Below the pieces are notes generated by a model. That model was not told the origin of the DNA and did no database searches. It saw nothing but the letters and a program-made list of their open reading frames with translations. From Octopus vulgaris (taxonomy: Eukaryota): a DNA stretch of 64,000 bases. The position numbers and the translations under genes are program-made. The stretch lies in assembly GCA_951406725.2 (NCBI GenBank), contig OX597833.1, forward strand, positions 30,690,001 to 30,754,000, given 5' to 3'. The stretch's first letter is position 1. Each line of letters begins with the position of its first letter. Below, piece after piece: positions 25,083 through 38,140 of this stretch.

Positions 25083-26324
25083 ATTTTAAATGGCTCAGTA
25101 TTTATAGGTTCTATTATTTTCTCAGATTTCTTCTGTAACCAATAACAGTCATCATGACAAGGTAATGGGGGACCATCAAGTCCAGTGAAGAGGAGTATCA
25201 AGCCCAAAGTGTGGCCTGTTGGTAGAAGTGCATTTTCTTACATTAAAATTAGCTCATATCACATTCACAGATGGGTGTGGGGATACTTTTCTGAGGTGAG
25301 GAGAATAAGACTCCCTGCCCTACTCTCTACCTTGGCAATTGGCCTGCATTACAGAGTGCATGCCTTAGTTTCCAAGTCACCCTTTTCCACTGCTACTTTT
25401 TTGGCTGTCATTACAAAGTTGGAATAACAAATTAAAAAAAAAAAATAATAACATCCATGTTCTTTCACTTTCATTGAAAAATATATCTTTCTATCTATGA
25501 TATGTTTGTTATCATATCTAACGTAAGCCTTCTGTCTTCTATCCAACCATTCATTGATGAATTTATCAAAATGGATAAGTAGATAAATAGATTAACAGAT
25601 AGAGGATATAAAAAATTAATATCAAAATATCATTTTTTTGTTAGTCACAATAATATATAATGCTTAAAATTTCTCTCTGCTTAAAACTTTATATTTCTTT
25701 TTTTCTATCTACCTTTTACTTCAACAAACTTTTTAACCATGTCATTTCCTTTTTTTACATCGTTATCATTTCTCTCTTTCTCTTCACTTTTCATTTGGGT
25801 GGCAATAATGTCACTACTCTCTCCCTACCCTCTTTCTATTTGCCTTTCATTAACCTCACCACCAGAACATCTCCCCTTTTATAAACATTCTATTTTCTAA
25901 CTCTCTTTCTGTCACTCACTTCAGCTAACTTTTTAATCACAATATAACTATTACTGTTTCCCCTATCACATGTCATTAACACTTCTTTCCGCTCTCACTC
26001 TTTGCCTTTCCCTTCAACTGATCACATATGCACATATAACACATTTCAGTCTTAACATATTAACACATAGATGATTTCTTTTAGTTACCACAAGGGCAAT
26101 GGTTGAAGAAGTATTACAAGGATAAATTACAAAAAAATATTGTTGGTGTGGTTTACATACAACTAATTATAAAAAATAGAAAACAGCCATGGAGAACAAA
26201 AGGGTACACAGAATGTGTAAAATGAGATATTCAGATGGCAGACAACTATCTAAGACCACTCAAGGAAACTGATAAGGGCTCCAATTATCATGACTACCAA
26301 GGACAAGTAATCAATAACTGTTTC

Positions 26325-26745
26325 TAACATAGTCACAAATCCTGAAATTTGGAGGTGTCAGTTAATTAAATTATCATCAGTACCTGTACTTCATTTCATC
26401 AATCCTAGAGAGATAAAAGGCAAAGATGACAATATGAACTCACGAGGCAAAACATCAGAACAAATACTGTAAAGACCTTTGTTCCACTTTGTCCCATGTT
26501 CTAACAATGTTACTAATACACTGTCCTGAAAGTAGCTAATAAAAATAGTTTTCACTTTAGGCACAAAGCGATTTTGAGAGGAGGGTTTTTAGACAATACT
26601 ATTGGCCTCGTACTTGATTGGTATTCTATTTTACCAGCCCCAGAAGGACAAAAGGCAAAGTTGATATTGGCAGGATTTGAACTCTGAATGTAAAAAAGCC
26701 AAAACAAATGCTGTAAAACTTTTTGTCTGACATTCTAATGACTCT
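26325..26745 (-). mobile_element. Two decayed SINE family 2 copies
   Basis: AAAGGCAAAG(A/T)TGA...GAACTC segments, the reverse complement of the family 2 core, occur twice. Confidence 0.55.
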
Positions 26746-28108
26746 ACACATCCTGTAAGTGAACAATAATAATAAACTCAAACATCAGCAAGATAAACAT
26801 TAGGATGGGTAAACCCCAAGGTAGCCTCAACATAGTCGCTCAACTAGCCAGAAATAGCAACCAAATTTCCTTCAAATAACATTACCAAAACAAGAAAAGA
26901 CATCCAGTGTGCACTACTCCATGATGTCCAAGATATGCAGTTTGAAAATAAAGATGAACAGTTCTTGAGTCAGAGCTACTTGGAGCTAAAAATTATGTTG
27001 GATACCCTAATTCTCATGTGAAAACAAAGCCAACTTGAACACAAAGTGTATACTAATGGCTTTTCTCATCACTTACAAATGTTCTGTGTATCTGCATCAG
27101 GAAAGTTACTCTCCAAAGCTCAGGTCTCAGCAAATATAATTATTTTCTGTTGAAGACAAGAAGTTGCCCCGTGGTGTAAGTCTCCCTCTCCACACCACTG
27201 ATACTACAATGCAACCTGTCCTAAGAATTCTATATATAATTAGAAAGGTTACATAGTAGTGAGCTTAATGTTGTTGATGTTCATTTATGATTCTTGTGGG
27301 AGTAAACAACTTTTGTGTAGCAAAGGATAAAATCAGAAGAGGTTCCTATGCTTTCTTTTCTTCAATTTACTCTTCTTTGCATATTTAACAGATTGATGCG
27401 GATGATGTGCAGGAATTCAACTAAGATACATTTACAAGATACATACTCATGTTGAACTCCCTTTGTTTTTGTTACATAGATAACATTGTATAATTATTGG
27501 TAGGAGACTGAATCTGACGATGTTTACATGACAAGATCCAGGAAGTTCCCCACTGGTGGATGACAGACTTTGTGGTGTTGAATTAAGTCCTTTTACAGTT
27601 TGATTTCAAATTCAACTAAAGTTGATTTTATACTTTATCTATTTGGGGGAATCAATAAAATAAATACCATCGAATTACTGAGGTTGATTTGGTCAGTTGT
27701 CCATTCCAACTAATGCGTGACCACTGTTCCTGTATTCAAAATCAAACAATCTATGATCAGTATGGTGGACAGTAGAACTGATATAATGACAGACCATACC
27801 TTACAATATTTAGTTATGTCCTGAATTCAAATCCTGCAGGGTTCAACCTTTCTTCATCTAAGCAGTGGGGCAATAGGAGCCAATAAATTTACTACATCCC
27901 TCTCCCACCAAATCTGTTACCTTGACTCTAAGGTAGAAATCATAGATTATCACCATCATTTGTTTTTTGCACGTCTTATTTTTTTGTTATATGGCTTTGT
28001 AAGTATTTTTCTAGTAATTAGCAAAATAAACAATTTTTAATGCTTTTTATATTTTGTTTTGATGATTTCTTTTTACATAATTTTTTCAGCTTTGTTGCTA
28101 CCAGGGTA

Positions 28109-28920
28109 TACAAGGTGTTTGAGCTAAATTTGGCAATTTTTTATGCCTTCTTTTTTCAGAAACATTTTCAAGTATTGGTGAACAGTCAATAGCATTGAAG
28201 AGCATAAAGATTAAAGTTGTAGTTAAGAAAAAGTTAGCTGACATGGCATACTGGAAGCCATTTGAATAGTAGAAAAGAGTTCCCTGTGTCATGATGAGTT
28301 GCACAGATATCAAAATGCTGACATCATTGTTCTGAGAATGCTGTAAAGGCTGCAAGATGTGATATGGCAGGCTCTCTGACTGTGTCTGCATGCTGGTGTT
28401 CATCAACAGCAGCAGGACAGACTTATGGAAAATCTAAGCATGAGAATTCAGGCTTTGGTGAAAGAGGGGGGTGTTGAGACACCATCATGAAGCTGAACTT
28501 GAATAAAGACTTTTGCTACCACTCATACAAGAGGCGTAAGGGACAAATTCTGACAGCTAAGGCCAGAAAAAAAATCTACTTAACAAAGGTAAAGAAGCTC
28601 CTGAACAAGCTGAGGCATCCAGCTGAGCTGGAGAGGATCTGGTTCTTCTCAGATGAAAAGTATTTCTACCAGACCAGTTGCACAACATCCAGAAAAACAG
28701 GTGGCTTTCCTACAATCCATGTGATGTCTCAAATATCATGAAACTAAGTTTACCCAAACTGTGATGGTCTTTGGGTATGTCCCCAGTGAGGATGGTGTCT
28801 CACATCTTTGAACAGGGCTTTAGATTCAATTTAGATGGCTAAGTGAAGCTGCTGAAGGCTGGCCTAACCCTGGCTGGAGAGGTTTGTTGCTGGGAGGTTG
28901 TATGTGTGGCAGCAGGACTA
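28109..28920 (+). mobile_element. Tc1/mariner remnant, same family as 1860-2947
   Basis: TA-CAAGGTGTTTGAGCTAAATTT terminus; SYKRRKGQILT, IWFFSDEK, MKLSLP/QTVMVFG and VWQQD fragments. Confidence 0.85.
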
Positions 28921-30701
28921 GGATTGGACAACTCTGATATAGTTAGACTCATGGCTGTTTTCAAATCCCTGTAAGATCAACTTTGTTTTTTATCCTTGAT
29001 AAATAAAATACCACTCCAGTAATGGAGTTGATTATTCCACATTCCTCTCAGGAATAAATTGGCTGTGGTCAGACTTGAAGGGAATAGTTCCACCAGATTT
29101 AGATGCCAAAGACATACAATGTTGTAGATCATGATGATTCCCCTGCACACTCCATCAAAAGTTGAGCAGGCAAGACTTAACTGTGTCCCTTTTGTAAATA
29201 AATTACTGGAAATACTTATTCATAAAAAACAATAGTTACATTAGTGTTAGTATATTTGTGAACATTCAAAATCTATACTAATAAAGAATGAATATGTGAT
29301 AAAGAAAAGAAAAAATTAGCTCAAATACTAATATTATTTTAATCTTTTCAGCAAGTATGGGATATAACTCAGGGCATGTTTTGGTTTCCTGAGACCTCCT
29401 CAGCAAAGCACATACTTCATCATATTTGCTGGAGCACACTGAGTAAATGTATGATACAGTACATAAGAATGAATGAAAAACAAATTAGCAGATAATACTC
29501 ACATTGAAAGGATGCTCACATATCAGTGCTACTGCTGCACACAGAAGCATCTTAGACCACATCCAAATGAAGACCATTTGTCAAATTGACATGAGTGTGA
29601 CACAAGAGAATTCAAAGATCTAGTTTTCAGCAATACAACATCACATCAAAGAAAGCTGATATGACTTAATTCCTGCAACTGAATCCTTCATGAAAGTAAG
29701 AGACATATTTTTGTTTGTGTTTGCTAGATAAATCAAGAATTCTTGCAGAATATATGTTTTAATGCAATAAGAAGAGAAAGAAACTATCAGAAAACTTCTT
29801 AATAATATAAGGAGGCAATAAACTAAGATCACTGGACCATCAGTAATGTCAACAGAGAAATTCAAAGGAAGAACTTGCCAGGTAAGACAGAGAGAAAAGA
29901 TGGCCTTATCAGCTGGCTACAGAAAGACAAACCCAGTAATATGCTAAGTGGTATATAGTCCATGATACCTATAAACAGGACACAAAGAAGAGAGAAAATG
30001 TAATTTTTGTAATAAGTAAAATCCACAATGATAAAACTAAAATGATAGAGTTTTACAGTAGGAAGACATTTGTATACTTTAAAACATTATGCTACAAAGA
30101 ATAAATCTGGAAACAAAATATGTATCAAGATTTGTAAAGATCATTCCCCATTGTGCTTTATAGCCTGGTTTACTTACTTAGTTTGTATTTATGCTCATGT
30201 CTTCATGGTGGGAACATATGGACCATGGAAGTGCTGTACCTCCTCACTCTGCCATTTCTATCATTGCTACAATGATCTCTGCTTCTTGAAACTGGCTAAT
30301 ATTATGCCATTTCCACACAAACCCATCCAACTCACTCTTCTCTCCTCAGTCATATTGTACCTATCTCTAGGCTCTGTACAAACTACTTTCCCAATTCATC
30401 TTCCCTCAGGAATTCCTTTGTAGCCCATATGTTTCTTGCATTCATCAACTTGTGGCTGTTCAAGAACATCAACTGCATTGATCTCACTGGTCTTGGATGG
30501 CCTATGGAGATTATGAAACAGACCCTGTCTCTAGATCAAATCATCAAAAATATTTAAAAAAAAATTTTTTAAATGTACCTTTAATCATTCCGAGCTGAAT
30601 TCACGAGTACAATACCTCTATCCGATATTGATTTCTCACAAAAATTTGTATGAGAGGTGTATAGTTGAATGAATTTGTATTTGTATAATATTGATAATTT
30701 T

Positions 30702-31760
30702 ACAGCCATGCTACATGGCAGTGAAACATGGGCTGTGACTGTGTAAGCTCACAAGGAATGAAGCCAGTATAATCCGATGGATGTGTAATGTCAGTGTGCA
30801 TACTCAACAGAGTGTAAGTACCTTGAGAGAAAAGTTGGACCTAAGAAGCATCAGATGTGATGTGCAAGAGAGACGACTGCACTGGTATGGTCATGTGGCA
30901 AGAATGGACGAGGACAGCTGTGTGAAAAAATGCCACACCCTTATGGTTGAGGGAACCTGTGGAAGAGGTAGACCCAGGAAGACCTGGGATGAAGTGTTGA
31001 AGCACGACCTTCGAACTTTAGGCCTCACCAAGGAAATGACTAGTGACCGAGACCTTTGGAAATATGCCATGCGTGAGAAGACCCGGCAAGCCGAATGAAA
31101 CCATAATCTCATGGCCTATGCCAGGGGTGTAACCAGCCCACTTATGCATAACCTTTTCCTTCTTTGGACACTAAAATTCTGCTTGCAAAGACCTGTTGAG
31201 GCAAGTGAAATCAATCAAAAGCAAAATCAAAATCAAATTTGATGACTGGCATCCATGCTGGCAGGGTGCAAAGAGTACCATACGAGCATGATCATTGAGA
31301 GAGCGGTTAACTGGCTTCTGTGCCAGTGGTACTTAAAGGGCATCATTCGAGTATGATTGTTACCCGCATTGCCTTACTGGCACTTGTGCCTGTGCTAGTA
31401 GGGTGCCAAGAGCACCATCCGAGCATGATCGTTGCCAGAGCAGCCAACTGGCTTCCATGCCAGTGGCATGTAAAAGGGCACCATTCGAGTGTGATCGTTA
31501 CCAAAGTCGCCTTACTGGCACCTGTGCTGGTGGCATGTGTAAAAAGATTTGAGCGAGGTCGTTGCTAGTACCGCCTGACTGGCCCCCATGCCGGTGGCAT
31601 GTAAAAAGCACCCACTACACTCTTAGAGTGGTTGACGTTAGGAAGGGCATCCAAATTAAGATTCGAACCTGGTGCAACCATCTGGTTTGCCAGCCCTCAG
31701 TCAAAATCGTCCAACCCATGCTAGCATGGAAAGCGGACGTTAAACGATGATGATGATGAT
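30702..31760 (+). mobile_element. RTE LINE 3' portion
   Basis: LHGSETW, ERRLHWYGHVARM and GRGRPRKTW; 3' UTR with tandem units and a (GAT)n tail. Confidence 0.9.
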
Positions 31761-32115
31761 GGTAATGGACCACAAAAATCAGACCTTCTAGAATTGGAAG
31801 TCACAATATATACACCAAATATTGGTTTTTTTAACTTATCCACAAAGCCCTATACTTTGTGGAAAGAAGGATATAATCAATTAAATGGAAATCAATACTT
31901 AACGGTATTTTGCGTTATTAACACTGGAAGGATGAAAGACAAAGTTGAACTCAAAATGCAAAGAGATATAACTAAATATTATCAGGCATTTTATCAGTTA
32001 CTCAAAATATTCTATTAGATACTCTTCATAAATGATTTGTTGATGTATATAAGACCTATTTTTGTTTCTACTTCTCTAATACACAATACCATGATAAAAT
32101 AATATAGGCATACTG

Positions 32116-32282
32116 GCACAGAAGTGGCTGTTTGGTAAAATGTTCACTTCCTAATCACATAGTTTGGAATTCAGTTCCATTGCATGATACCTTAGGCAAG
32201 TGTTTTCTACTATATTTCTGAGCCAAACAAAGCGTTCTGAGTGGATTTGGCAGATAGAAACTGAAAAGAGCCTGTCATATGT
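32116..32282 (+). mobile_element. SINE family 1, 5' half, decayed
   Basis: GTGGCTGTTTGGTAA...TTAGGCAAGTGT...GTGGATTTGGCAGATAGAAACTGAAA. Confidence 0.75.
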
Positions 32283-32311
32283 ATGTGTGTGTGTGTATAT
32301 ATATATATATA

Positions 32312-34095
32312 TAAGGGAAATAAGTCAAGGTAGAAAATGCTAAAATAATTGGCTACAGGTTGCATCATACCTGCATTGATAGAGGGGAAAAATTCTGAAG
32401 CTTGGATTTTTGTAATTGACACAAATGTCGATGTGTTGGCTGAATGCTATTTTTCTGTTTTTCAGAATTTTGATCTGGGATCTGTGCAGAGCCATCTTTT
32501 GACGTAGACTGTTTTTTGTTTGGCCTGTGCTCTTGACATTCTGGTACTATCCATATTAGAAGACACAGCATATTATAAAAAGGCCCAACTCTACAGTCAG
32601 CAGAAAATAATGAGAGACCTAAAATCCATGTTAAACCTATAAAGAGAAGGGCTCACTGACACACAACCCTCTTAACAATGAAGCTTTCAACACCATCCTT
32701 CAAAACATTCCCCGGCTATAAAAATGACCACAGAATGAACTTAATCCTCCAAACACACACCATCATAAAAAGTAAGAGATAGCCCCAAATCTATGAAAAA
32801 TCTCCTAACACAAGCCTGAATACACTCAACAACAACACTGAAGCCATCAGTTAAAAATGTAGAAGACCCAACTGTGAGATATGTATCAATTTAATTGAGG
32901 GATCAGAGTTCTCCTTCAAACAGGGACAACGTTTCACATTGAAAAGCAATTTCCCATGTGCTCTGGAGAACCTGATATACGCACTAACCTGCTTTGGGTA
33001 TCAATAGCAATACATAGGCCAAACAAAAAGCAGTCTATGTCAAGGGATGGGGGCTCTGCACAGATCCCAGATCAAAATTCTGAAAAACAGAAAAATAGCA
33101 TTCAACCAACACATCGACATTTGCACCAATGACAAAAATCCAAGCTTCAGAATTTTTCCCCATCATCAACCATCAGCAGAAAAGAATTTTCAACAGTCGA
33201 CTTGGAACATAGACAAATGTTGATGCACTTTGATTCTTTATAACTAATATACTATTTACTGATGACATTTTAAGGCTTCTGTAATACTGTTGTATCACAA
33301 AAGCATAAGCTTATGGGTACTTCTCCCATATGCAGGTACAATACAACCTATAGCCAACGAATTAGTAAAGAGTTGTTCTTTATCATAAAATACAGACCCC
33401 TTTTGAACGCATCTATAATAAATGACATATCCACCATGACCTTAGAATAGCACACATGCAAATATTAAAAGTGATACATTCAAAAGAGATACCCAAGAAT
33501 TAATTAAAAACAGTTCCAATCACTACTATAATCCATATTTAACATCCTACTACTATCATACCACTCCCGCATTTTTTTTATTCTTTCTCTTCTTCACCTT
33601 CTCCTTCTTTGTCTTCTTCTTCCCCTCCACCACCTCCTTCCTTATTTTTCTACTGCTGCTGCTTAGAATAACACCCACACAAATATTAAAAACAATACAT
33701 TCAAAAGAGAAACCTCAAGAATTCAATCACTATTGTAATCCACAACAAGTCAATTTCAGGGCACTTGACCATTTAACATCCTACTACTATCATACCACTC
33801 CCACATTCTTTTATTATTCTTCCTCTTCTTCTTCTTCTTTGCCAAAAATTCACAAAGATTTCAAACCCACAAGAGTAAAAAGGAGAGACAGAGACAGGCA
33901 GGAACAAGGAAAATGCCCCTTGTATTTGAAAACTATGCAAATATTCTTTAAAAAAACTTTTCATTTAATTTTTCCAAAATTTAATTGTTTTCCATACTAA
34001 GAGTTGAAAAAGTCTTAATGACTGAAACAGGTACTGAAATGTTTTTCTATGATAAAATTATTTTAGCATTTTCTACCTTGACTTATTTCCCTATA
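32312..34095 (+). mobile_element. Neptune-like PLE remnant with inverted 5' arm
   Basis: Approx. 32855-33040 translates to KCRRPNCEICINL...FPCALENLIYALTC...QYIGQT (Cys-linker plus GIY-YIG). 32312-32493 is an inverted mosaic of 33052-33165, 33331-33357 and 34056-34093. Confidence 0.8.
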
Positions 34096-34149
34096 CATAT
34101 CAACTTCTGTGTTCCTCTTCAACTTTCTATATATATATATATATATATA

Positions 34150-34546
34150 TACTCTTTTACTCTCTTTTACTTGTTTCAGTCATTTGACTGCGGCCATGCT
34201 GGAGCACCACCTTTAATCGAGCAACTCGACACCGGGACTTATTCTTTTGTAAGCCCAGTACTTATTCTATCGGTCTCTTTTGCCGAACCGCTAAGTAACG
34301 GGGACATAAACACACCAGCATCAGTTGTCAAGCAATGCTAGGGGGACAAACACACAAACACACACACGCATATATATACATATATACGACGGGCTTCTTT
34401 CAGTTTCCGTCTACCAAATCCACTCACAAGGCTTTGGTCGGCCCGAGGCTATAGTAGAAGACACTTGCCCAAGGTGCCACACAGTGGGAATGAACCCGGA
34501 ACCATGTGGTTGGTAAACAAGCTACTTACCACACAGCCACTCCTAC
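34150..34546 (-). mobile_element. SINE family 1
   Basis: Reverse-complement match to the family. Confidence 0.92.
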
Positions 34547-34902
34547 TCCAAGAAAGTTAGGGGTTGTGGGTCCAACCTGCAAAGGGATAATATCTATCCA
34601 ATATACTGTTGGTATAATACCCAATTATTAATACAAAAGTGTTTTTTATTGCATTGCAATTAACTTACCTAGTGTATTAAATGGGTGAAGGTAAAAAGAT
34701 ATTTTACCATTAATTCATATTGCAAATAAGAAAATGGAGAAGCACAATAGTTGGTTCATCAAATTTAGGACATTAAAATGTTAACTTATTTATGTATTAA
34801 AACGATAATTATAATAACATACATACATATAGCATATTATTCTATGCATATAAAAATAAGAATACAAGCAATTATTAAAAAAACATGAATATAAATTATT
34901 AA

Positions 34903-35030
34903 AATCACTTACAGAGGTTTCAGCCCATAGATAAAAGCATCTCATTCTGCCTATATTAGTCAAGTGTATTGAGGTAATAGGCAGTTGAAAATGAGGTACT
35001 TATATATATCTCTAGGCCTCGTCAGAGATT
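34903..35030 (-). ncRNA. Type I hammerhead ribozyme with a very long stem II
   Basis: Minus strand: AATCT-CTGACGA-GGCC...(CTCATT/AATGAG, CTGCCTAT/ATAGGCAG)...GGCT-GAAA-CCTCTG-TA-AGTGATT. Confidence 0.75.
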
Positions 35031-35098
35031 ATAAAGTACAATCATAAAAATATAAATATAAAACAAAATACACATACATTTGAATATATATATATATT

Positions 35099-35501
35099 GA
35101 GTGGCTGTGTGGTAAGTAGCTTGTTTACCAACCACATGGTTCCGGGTTCAGTCCTACTGCATGGCACCTTGGGCAAGTGTCTTCTACTATAGCCCCGGGC
35201 CGACCAAAGCCTTGTGAGTGGATTTGGTAGATGGAAACTGAAAGAAGCCCGTTGTATATATGTATATATATATATGCGTGTGTGTGTTTGTGTGTCTGTG
35301 TTTATCCCCCTAGCATTGCTTGACAACCGATGCTGGTGTGTTTATGTCCCCGTTACTTAGCGGTTCGGCAAAAAAGACCGATAGAATAAATACTGGGCTT
35401 ACAAAAGAATAAGTTCCGGGTCGAGTTGCTTGATTAAAGGCAGTTCTCCAGCATGGCCACAGTCAAATGTCTGAAACAAGTAAAAGAGAGAGTAAAGAGT
35501 A
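35099..35501 (+). mobile_element. SINE family 1
   Basis: Family match; head-to-head with 34150-34546. Confidence 0.92.
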
Positions 35502-35789
35502 TACATACATATATGGTTATAGATAATTAATTATATATACTGAAATATACATACACATCCATATCCATGAGTACATATATAATATTCATTTATTACTAAT
35601 ATTATTATTATTATTAATATTAGATTACATGTATTCTGCTATTCACAACACATAGTATATGAAATATAAAATATAGAATATAGATGTTTATGAAAGATGT
35701 AATCATGTTAATTTTACAATCAGTATCAGTATATTCGTATATCATACAGTTAATATGGTTATTTCAATATTATTCTGCATATATATATA

Positions 35790-36092
35790 TCACGTGATCA
35801 CGTGACCGACCAGGCTATCAGATGTTGCTACACATCGCTGGTCACAATGCGCTTCACATTGTTTTAGCCTTCAAATGACGCCACCCCGCTGGCTAAGCGA
35901 GCAGGCCAACAGAAGAAAGAGTGAGAGAAAGTTGCGGCGAAAGAGTACAGCAGGGGTCGCCACCACCCCCTGCCAGAGCCTCGTGGAGCTTTAGGTGCTC
36001 AATAAACACACACAACGCCCGGTCTGGGAATCGAAACCGCGATCCTCCGACCTTGAATTCACTGCCTTAACCACTGGGCCATTGCACCTCCA
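35790..36092 (-). mobile_element. tRNA-derived SINE, family 3
   Basis: Minus-strand A box TGGCCCAGTGG and B box GGTTTCGATTCCC, a GC-rich body, and (TA)n on both sides. Confidence 0.85.
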
Positions 36093-36133
<41 letters not shown>

Positions 36134-36568
36134 GTAACAAACACATGTATATGCATACATATACATACGCACAAATATACACTAATACATATATAAAATT
36201 TTATGTCTTAAAGTTGATGAGCCAACTATTGTGCTTCTCCATTTTCTTATTTGCTATATATATAAATATATATATATATATATCTTAGCTGCTTTCTCAT
36301 ATACAAGCAAAGCTATTGCTAGAAAGAATTATTGAAATGAGCCAGTGTTGATGCAATGTGAGGCCCTTGTATGAATCTTGAGCCTGATGAAAGTTTTGTA
36401 CATTCCATTACATAATACAGAGCTGTGCTGGCTGCCAGAAGAAATAGGTGCCACAGTATGAACTCTTTTGACATGCCTTTTCAGTCCTTCAACTGAGAGG
36501 CATACTTTTCCACATGTACATGTTCTGTTTTAAACAATAACCATATCACAATTTATCACACATATACA

Positions 36569-36624
<56 letters not shown>

Positions 36625-37867
36625 TCTTTGTGGCTTATCAACATTATGTATCTGAATTGGAATGGGAACAAACACTATTTGTATATAATCATAGACTGAC
36701 AATTTAGTTCATCCCCAGTCCGATTCAGGTATATAATGTTGATAATCCACAAAGATGGCAAAATATTGGTATCCATCACTCCTGAATGGGTTTTAAGGTG
36801 AGTTGTCTTACCTGTCTATGACTTTCAGGTGTTTTAACATTTAGTGCCAAGAGGTAGTTGTCACTAGAGTGCTGCGTTGCAGCAAACAAGCAAAATACAT
36901 ACCTTAAATATGTGTGGTTGATAATGTTCATATATGAAATAGTTAACATGAATGGTGTCTAAATTTTGCATAGCTGTTTTGATAGAATTTTATATAAAGT
37001 AGTCATAAAAGATTACATCATTATATAAAATCAACCATCATCAGATAAAATTTTCAACTTAGACATAAACAAATGTTGATGCACTTTGATCCTAAGGGAA
37101 TCCTTATAACTAATTTAAATTTACTGATGGCATTTTAAGGCTTCTGTAATACTGTTGTATCACAAAAGCATAAGCTTATGGGTACTTCTCACATATATAT
37201 ATTCTTTTATTTGTTTCAACCATGTGGCTGTAGTTAAACTGAAACACCACTTTCAATGTGAATGGTGACCTTCATTTCCAATTTTCTATGAAAATGTAAC
37301 GGTTAAGATTGATTAGGTACACAATAATATGAAATGTCGGTGTCAGCAGTTGTAACATCTGAGAGCATATGAAAGAAAGTTGGATGTGGTAGAATTTTCT
37401 TTTGCATAGTTTGGCATACACAAATTGTTAGTAGTAATCCACAGATAGTGATAGATGATGTTGTAAGAGAACAGAATTAGAGCTAGTGAAAGTTGTTGGG
37501 TTGTGGAATATTGTCTCACAGTTGCTGACAGTAAATTTCCTTTCTCTCACTGAGAAAGCTGCATTCCTTGTGATCATGATTCTAGCAGTCTGTTCCCTAA
37601 CTAATTGAGTTGTCATGAGCTGCCTCGCTCAGTTGTTGCCAAGTGACTACTTGGTTTTTGCTTGGGGGTTCTTGCTTTTATAACTATCCAGGAGGGTAAA
37701 CATATCATTGAGAACAATAGATTTAGTTGGTGGTCTTGTTTTCTCTATTCTCGCTTTTGGCGAAGTAGAAGAGGTTAGACATTATTTCAGCCTAGCTAAA
37801 GACATATGGAAAATGTAAAACTGCTGTCAGAGAAAAACCATTGTTCCACCGTGGGAAAAGTTCTGTT

Positions 37868-38140
37868 GCAGTGTTAATTTAAATTTGGGTATGGTGGATC
37901 GAATCCACTTCATGCATGCAAGATCCACTGCAAACCTATGTTCTTTGCCTGTGAGTAACCTAGCAGAACTTCCTCTCCACCTTACTTCTTGGATGCAGCA
38001 CAAATCTACACGTCTCTGTTCAAGCATCTCAACAATTTCCCATAACTACCTTTCAGTGTACTAAATCTGAGGGTGTGGGAGGTGTGGGCCCACGAGACCC
38101 TGGGATGGGGAACAGCAGCATCATGTACCTGAAAATAAAG
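37868..38140 (-). mobile_element. RTE LINE APE endonuclease N-terminal fragment
   Basis: EMLEQRRVDLCCIQEVRWRG.SARLLTGKEHR. Confidence 0.75.

Noticed and set aside
27068-27225. Minus-strand segment bounded by splice-like signals
   Set aside because: There are stops in all three frames; it cannot be supported as an exon without RNA data.
31283-31612. CRISPR-like periodicity
   Set aside because: The units are degenerate along their whole length with no unique spacers, lie in an RTE 3' UTR, and the DNA is eukaryotic.
33990-34040. Possible hammerhead in the Neptune-like pseudo-LTR (CTAAGAG...GAAACAGGTA)
   Set aside because: The core and stem I need several corrections. Similarly weak cases at 14760-14830 and 58735-58770 were not called.
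36010-36092. tRNA gene
   Set aside because: A and B boxes are present, but the acceptor stem is poor and the sequence continues into a SINE body.
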